Assembly (NCBI GenBank): GCA_019058315.1
Contig: JAHPZH010000004.1
Span: 96,001 to 160,000, forward strand
DNA: 64,000 nucleotides
Source: Candidatus Helarchaeota archaeon
GTDB taxonomy: Archaea; Asgardarchaeota; Lokiarchaeia; Helarchaeales; RDOG01
Reading direction: 5' to 3'
The notes beneath the pieces were generated by a model that did not search any database, was not told the DNA's origin, and saw only the letters and a list, made by a program, of their open reading frames with translations. A program made the translations under genes and the position numbers. Below, one piece after another: positions 58,273 to 64,000 of this stretch. How positions within the stretch are numbered: the first letter of the stretch is position 1; every line of letters begins with the position of its first letter.

Positions 58273-59529
58273 ATGGATCCAATCTTTGATCATAGTGTTT
58301 CTGATAATATTATTGATGTAGAACACCTAAGTGTTAAATATGGAAAGAAAATAGCAGTTGATGATGTTACTTTTAATCTTAAGAGGGGTGAAATATTGGG
58401 GATATTTGGGAGGAGTGGTGCTGGAAAATCTACAATTTTAAAATGTTTAACTTCCCAATTAAAACCAAATGAAGGTTCAATACTAATTAATGGTATAAAT
58501 GTTATTAAAGAAAAGAAAAAATTAATCAGTTCCATAGGGTATATACCTCAATTGGAATCCGAAAGTCTTTATGAGGATTTAAGTCCTATTTTAAACGCTT
58601 TTTATTTTGGAAGAATGCATAATTTAGAGGATGACGAAATTATTTCACGAGCTAAAAAAATTTTTAATATTCTTGGATTTTCCGAGGAACTCTATAATAA
58701 AAATGTAAAATATCTATCGGGAGGAGAAAAAAAGCGAGTTTCGATTGCTGTTGGGATGATCCACAACCCTGAAATCCTAATTCTTGATGAACCTACGACA
58801 GGTTTAGACGCACATTTAAAATTTGAAGTTCTAAATTATTTGAAAGAGCTAAATCAAAAATTAAATATCAGTCTCGTTTTAGTCACCCACGACCTTGAAA
58901 CAGCCTCAATCTGTGACTATATTGTTATTATACATGGTGGTAAAGTCACAGATTTTGGGAAAGTTTCTGATTTAATAGAATCCCTACCGAGCAAAGGAAA
59001 TTTTCTAAGAGTATCAATTAAAGGTCTAAATGAGGAAAAAATAGCTGCAATTGGTAGCATTTCAGGAGTCGAATATTTTTTTAGAACCGGGATAGATGAA
59101 GTTGAACTCTTTCTAGAGGATTTAGATACTCAAGGTTCAAATCTTCTCAATCAATTATACGAAATGGGCGATATTAATTATATTAATTCGGAAATGGCAA
59201 ATTTTTCTCATTATTTTCTAATTAAAGTTGGTGTTTTATTAAACCCAGAAGCAGTTAAAATACCAGAAAATTGTCCAATTTGCGGGACTGTTTTACCGGC
59301 AGGCATTCGTGATATACTTCGCAAAGGTAAAGATTCCATCTGCTTAATTTGTAATCAAAAAATTGAAGCCCCAAAACAAGCTGAGGTAGAAATTCCAGAA
59401 TTTTGTGAATGTGGCTTAAAAATTCCAGAGAATGTTACTTATTTATTAAAAAGAGGAATGCCAGCTCATTGTCCATATTGTGGTATAAAAATAAGATTAC
59501 CTACAGAGGATGAAGAAGAGGAATTATAG
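58273..59529 (+). CDS. ABC ATP-binding protein with two C-terminal Zn-ribbon-like modules
   Basis: GRSGAGKS, LSGGEKKR, LDEPT; CPIC..CLIC and CEC..CPYC. Confidence 0.9.
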   Translation: MDPIFDHSVSDNIIDVEHLSVKYGKKIAVDDVTFNLKRGEILGIFGRSGAGKSTILKCLTSQLKPNEGSILINGINVIKEKKKLISSIGYIPQLESESLYEDLSPILNAFYFGRMHNLEDDEIISRAKKIFNILGFSEELYNKNVKYLSGGEKKRVSIAVGMIHNPEILILDEPTTGLDAHLKFEVLNYLKELNQKLNISLVLVTHDLETASICDYIVIIHGGKVTDFGKVSDLIESLPSKGNFLRVSIKGLNEEKIAAIGSISGVEYFFRTGIDEVELFLEDLDTQGSNLLNQLYEMGDINYINSEMANFSHYFLIKVGVLLNPEAVKIPENCPICGTVLPAGIRDILRKGKDSICLICNQKIEAPKQAEVEIPEFCECGLKIPENVTYLLKRGMPAHCPYCGIKIRLPTEDEEEEL

Positions 59530-59530
59530 C

Positions 59531-62500
59531 TTATTTTTCACCCTCAATTTCGATTTTTTTAACTTTTCTTTTAAATCTTATAGCAGATATTGCCCATATT
59601 ATAATTATTATTCCTAAAAATGCCCATATTATTGATAAATATAACGGATGTTCAGGGATCTTAAGTAATACCAATATTGGCCATAATAGTGGATTAGTGA
59701 CTGAAGGACGTCCTGTTGTAACGTTAAAGGTCCTATTATAATAAAGCAGTACTCCCGAAACATGATCAATATAGATGTAAATTTCATATGTTCCATTTTG
59801 TTTAATAAAACCTGTATGTAAAAAGGTTGTGTGATAACCTTCTCGAACATGGAACATGGGCATATAAAAAACAGATCCATTTGGGAGGATAAAGGCTACC
59901 AGTGCAATATCAGTGGCTACTGCTGTTCCATTTGGGGCAGTAAGGTTTACTGTAAAACAAATAATATCTCCTAAATATTTAATTTCAGGAGTTATAGTAA
60001 GAGTTATATTTACTGTTTCATTAATCAGCCATTTCGTACAATTTATAGCAAATTGGGAATTATTTTGATTATATAAGTGGTCATTATTAAAAATTTGGCT
60101 ATCTCCAATGACTATAATCTTTCCTTTATTATTTGCTTGCCAGTATACTACATAATCTGTAATATTTTGTGCATCTATAGATGATTTAGAAATAGAGAGA
60201 TTTACTGGTGATACCATTTCTACTGAAAAAATGTTTTCAGTAAATGAATAATTAGGGACTGATTGATTAGAAATTATACTATTATTGGGAAAAATGGTGT
60301 CCTTCATTTCAATCTCAAAGGTTCCATTCAATAATAAGTTAATAGAAGCATTTGCACATTCATCGGGAGTTTCTACCCATAAAAATAAGGATCCACCATT
60401 ATTTACATAATTTTGAATGTCTATAATCTCTTCATTAGAAAAATTCTTTTCCGGATCACAAATTATTAGACAATCATAATATTCTAATATTCCATAAGTT
60501 AGCTCACTTATCGGTAATTCATCAATTTTATATCCAGCATTTGTCACATTACGATAAAAATTAAAATACGCGCTGTGAATACTATCCTTTCTCTCTGGCC
60601 AATCAGTTATTGAAGAGATTGAAGTATGAGATAAATCAAAGAGAATTCTTCCTTTTGGAAAAATTATATTGAATGAAGCATTAAATAAAAAGATAGTTTG
60701 GAATAAATCTATTGTAATGTTGATATAACCTTGATAAAAGCCTGGAAGGGTCAAAACTGATGTATTTAACGTAATTGATAGAAAAATAGATCCAAAATAA
60801 CTATTTCTTGTTTGATAGTCAATATCTATCCAATCTGATATATTGCCATTTATTTCAGAAGTAATTGTTGAGAAATTCATTGCAGTTAGTATGGTTAGAT
60901 TAAAAATCGAAAAATCTCCTGAAAAATTCATCATAAATGGGAAAAATGGGAGGGAAATATTTGGAAATAACAAAGGGGTAACATTATTAAGGAAAGTAGA
61001 ATTTAAAACGAAAATATTTCTCTGAAGAACATTATCCATAAGTAGAAAATCTTGAGCTGTGTCATTATAATTCAAATCCTGTTGAATTTGGTTTAATTCT
61101 GATATAGTTGCATTTACAGCAAACCAACTTACATTAAAGATCCCCCCATCAACAGGATCCCATAATACAGTTATTGAGTTATCGAAATTAAATGGTTGAA
61201 AATTTGAAGAAAGATTAAAAATTTGTGTTATGCCTTCATATGAACTATTAGCTTGAAATTTAACTTTACCGTGGTTTATAATAGTGGAACCAACGTTAAT
61301 GACGATGATATTAGATTGTAAAACTTCATTTTCATTTAACATTCTTGTAAGTGAATGATTCTTTTTGGCGATACAAACATCTGTGATATTATTAAATTCA
61401 GAAACATTCGTAAGAATCCAAGAAGTCCGATTCTTTAAATCATCTAAAGATTTTCCTATTCCAATAGCACCCGCAAACTCTGTATTTTGACTTGTTCCAA
61501 TAATGTTAGAAAGTTTCCATTTCATAGCAAAACTTACATCTCCTACAAAATTATAAGAACTATTTTTAAGTTCGTCATCTTCTACAAACTCGTATGTATT
61601 TTCACTAGAATTCACCTCATACCACATTTGAAGGGTTGAAGTATTTGGTTTAAATCCTATATAACTAACATTTCCAGTCACATTATCGGAATCCCAAGCG
61701 TAAAACAAGTTATCTGCTATTGAATACTGTGCTTGATCATCCTCATCATAAGTATCTGTTTCATTTAAAAACAAATCCATTTTCCACCAACTGAAAAGAA
61801 AAAGATCTGTAATATCTTCTGTCCCCATGTTTCCAAAAACAAATCTAATCCTATAGGAAGTTAAATCTCCTAATTCCCAAAATGGAACAGTAGTCCGAGA
61901 AATATTTGCCCACTCCCAAGCTTCAATCACAATAGTAATGAGTAAATTACCATCAGAAAGAACAGATACTAAACGATCATAAATACCCAATGATACATAA
62001 TGTGTTTCTCGCAGAACATCAAAATCAGAGAGCCAAGTTATATTACCGTTATTATATTGAACTGCAAATATTCCGCCTAAAATATGAGAAGCGTTAAAGT
62101 CTGTAGAATTAGTATATTCAGTTAGTATTATAGATTCGCCATAGCTACCAAAACTACAATTAGAGCTGAAATCTTTTAAGAATAAAGAGGCATTTTCAGT
62201 TCCGATAAATCCTGCATAAGGAAGACTTGGGGAGTACGTCCTATTTATGCTTAAAGGATTATTCATTGTCTCGTTTAAATAAATAAATGCTGCAGTTTCG
62301 TTTAAAAGACCAGCACCTTGAATATTAGGATTTAAATTTAAATTTATAGCAGTCCTCATTAAAGCGATCTTTAAAGCCCAAGGGTTTAGAAATTTAAAAG
62401 TATATAAAAATATTGCTGCTACTCCGGCCATATAAGCTGCTGAAGCTGCAGAACCATTGAAAATTGTATAATTATCATTGATCTCTGAACCAAAACTGCT

Positions 62501-63367
62501 ATTTTTCGCTCTTGTAGAGGAAACATTTATCCCTGATGCTAAAATATCGATCCCTGCTCTAAAATCAAAAGTGGGTCCTCGACTGCTTATTTCAGCCACA
62601 GTACCGGTTAAGTTATTGTAAATTCCCACAGTAATAATTTCAGAGCTCATACCAGGAGATTCAATCGAGCTAAATTCAGGACCATCATCACCAGATGCTG
62701 TAATAACGATAATTCCTTTTTTAACCGCCTCATTTATTGCAGTATTAATTTGATCATTCGGAGATCCAGGAATTGACCAAGCCATTACAATAATATCTGC
62801 ACCATGGTTTATACTCCATTCTATTCCAGAAAGAATCCATGAAGGTTTTGTATAAAATGTTCCATTCTGTTCGTATGAGCTTAAAACTTTAACATTTAAA
62901 AGCTTTGCTTTAGGAGCAATGCCTCTATATTCTCCTGAAACATTACCCGTTCCAGCTATAATTCCTGCAACATAAGTACCATGACCATGTAAATCGCCAA
63001 AATAAATCGGTTCCCCTTCCGCAAAACTTACTCCACCAATTATTTTCGGGTCATCTGTATTATTATTATCATCCAAATCATCAAGATCGGGATGTGTAAC
63101 ATCTATTCCTGTGTCTAATATAGCTATAATTACGTTACTTCCATTATTTTGTGCAAATGAGGATATGTGACTCCTGTTTCCAATATAATTTAAATTTTGA
63201 ATTAAAAGTGGCTGATTAGGAATTTGACAAGTAGTTGAATTATTTTGTTGAGGAATTCCTAAGTTTTGATAATTAGAACTTGTATTTAAAACACTTATAA
63301 AGAAAGAAAATAAAAATATTGCAAAGATATAGACTAAATTCCTTCGTCTTCTTCGAAACTTCAACAC
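59531..63367 (-). CDS. Membrane-anchored S8 subtilase-like protein with GIFT/DUF4350-like domain (site-1 protease-like architecture), canonical catalytic Ser replaced
   Basis: ILDTGID, HGHGT.VAG; NGSAAS in place of SGTSMA; RILFDLSH...GGSL...IGDS; C-terminal TM. Confidence 0.85.
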   Translation of the reverse strand: MLKFRRRRRNLVYIFAIFLFSFFISVLNTSSNYQNLGIPQQNNSTTCQIPNQPLLIQNLNYIGNRSHISSFAQNNGSNVIIAILDTGIDVTHPDLDDLDDNNNTDDPKIIGGVSFAEGEPIYFGDLHGHGTYVAGIIAGTGNVSGEYRGIAPKAKLLNVKVLSSYEQNGTFYTKPSWILSGIEWSINHGADIIVMAWSIPGSPNDQINTAINEAVKKGIIVITASGDDGPEFSSIESPGMSSEIITVGIYNNLTGTVAEISSRGPTFDFRAGIDILASGINVSSTRAKNSSFGSEINDNYTIFNGSAASAAYMAGVAAIFLYTFKFLNPWALKIALMRTAINLNLNPNIQGAGLLNETAAFIYLNETMNNPLSINRTYSPSLPYAGFIGTENASLFLKDFSSNCSFGSYGESIILTEYTNSTDFNASHILGGIFAVQYNNGNITWLSDFDVLRETHYVSLGIYDRLVSVLSDGNLLITIVIEAWEWANISRTTVPFWELGDLTSYRIRFVFGNMGTEDITDLFLFSWWKMDLFLNETDTYDEDDQAQYSIADNLFYAWDSDNVTGNVSYIGFKPNTSTLQMWYEVNSSENTYEFVEDDELKNSSYNFVGDVSFAMKWKLSNIIGTSQNTEFAGAIGIGKSLDDLKNRTSWILTNVSEFNNITDVCIAKKNHSLTRMLNENEVLQSNIIVINVGSTIINHGKVKFQANSSYEGITQIFNLSSNFQPFNFDNSITVLWDPVDGGIFNVSWFAVNATISELNQIQQDLNYNDTAQDFLLMDNVLQRNIFVLNSTFLNNVTPLLFPNISLPFFPFMMNFSGDFSIFNLTILTAMNFSTITSEINGNISDWIDIDYQTRNSYFGSIFLSITLNTSVLTLPGFYQGYINITIDLFQTIFLFNASFNIIFPKGRILFDLSHTSISSITDWPERKDSIHSAYFNFYRNVTNAGYKIDELPISELTYGILEYYDCLIICDPEKNFSNEEIIDIQNYVNNGGSLFLWVETPDECANASINLLLNGTFEIEMKDTIFPNNSIISNQSVPNYSFTENIFSVEMVSPVNLSISKSSIDAQNITDYVVYWQANNKGKIIVIGDSQIFNNDHLYNQNNSQFAINCTKWLINETVNITLTITPEIKYLGDIICFTVNLTAPNGTAVATDIALVAFILPNGSVFYMPMFHVREGYHTTFLHTGFIKQNGTYEIYIYIDHVSGVLLYYNRTFNVTTGRPSVTNPLLWPILVLLKIPEHPLYLSIIWAFLGIIIIIWAISAIRFKRKVKKIEIEGEK

Positions 63368-63376
63368 CTCTGTTTA

Positions 63377-64000
63377 TTAGACCATTCTTTTTCTTAACTG
63401 AAATGTAATTAATGATAACGCTAGAAATACTAATGATACCAACCCTAAAGAAATAAAATATTCTGTTTCAACTATACCTCTATATGCAAGTTCAGTAAAA
63501 GCTTTTTGCCCAGCGTAGAAAGGTACCCATTTTTGAATTACTTCATTTTCAAGAAACCACGTTAATATAATCATTGTGACAAAAGTAAAAACAAAATATT
63601 GGTTAGCTTGTAATCTAGAATTACTTAAAGAACTTAAAAATAATCCGATAGTTGTTGAAACTAAAGAAACTAAAAATAATAAGCTAAATACAATCAGCAA
63701 ATTCGCCAGCACAACCAGATAAAAGAATATTATCGCAATTGTTAAAATAAAAGCGATTTGAATACTGCCAATAATTGAATAAGCTATCAATTTAGCCATC
63801 ACTACTTCTCCTTTTCGAGCTGGTGTCAATAACATGCGTCCAAGAGCTACATCACTGACAATTGATTGAGTGGCTAACATTAGTATGGATGCCAATATTA
63901 CAATTATAATAGACATCGGTGCTGGGTTGAAAATTGGTGAGACTTCTGAAGAGACCACTCCACCTACATCTATTATATCAAATTCAGGAATAATTTCAAA
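63377..64000 (-). CDS. ABC-2 transporter permease, 5'-truncated by window edge
   Basis: RMLLTP....VVMAK motif and TMs; frame open to position 64000. Confidence 0.85.
   Translation of the reverse strand, partial: FEIIPEFDIIDVGGVVSSEVSPIFNPAPMSIIIVILASILMLATQSIVSDVALGRMLLTPARKGEVVMAKLIAYSIIGSIQIAFILTIAIIFFYLVVLANLLIVFSLLFLVSLVSTTIGLFLSSLSNSRLQANQYFVFTFVTMIILTWFLENEVIQKWVPFYAGQKAFTELAYRGIVETEYFISLGLVSLVFLALSLITFQLRKRMV

Noticed and set aside
470-61025. Many short antisense or overlapping ORFs in the track (e.g. 470-859, 4506-4910, 10790-11104, 31224-31544, 43181-43513)
   Set aside because: They shadow well-supported genes on the other strand or frame and show no motifs
1-64000. CRISPR arrays, tRNA/rRNA genes, transposases or integrases
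   Set aside because: No regularly spaced repeats, GC-rich cloverleaf or rRNA-like tracts, or mobile-element motifs were seen on reading

Overview
Strongly AT-rich archaeal chromosomal DNA, most likely an Asgard (Loki/Hel-like) archaeon. This assignment is inferred from the archaeal TFB, RPA, Lsm, NurA-HerA and Tes-like genes, GGTGA-type ribosome-binding sites, and eukaryote-like architectures (two-domain RPB5-type Rpo5, roadblock-like coiled-coil protein, PCI-like domains, PPP phosphatase, site-1-protease-like S8 protein). About 50 CDSs cover lipid metabolism, nucleotide salvage, DNA repair, transcription and transport, with several tandem duplications. No rRNA, tRNA, CRISPR array or transposase was recognised. 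The best candidate for an undescribed system is a tight minus-strand operon at 20672-25535: tandem metallophosphoesterase, HD hydrolase, divergent RtcB-like ligase and circularly permuted TTL-like ATP-grasp ligase, facing a convergent M20 peptidase. Also notable are a BpsA-like/degenerate KsgA-like fusion whose 3' end is duplicated as an intact 44-aa ORF, an S8 protein lacking the canonical catalytic Ser, two unannotated Lys-rich micro-ORFs and two palindrome clusters. All family assignments are by motif recognition; no searches were run.
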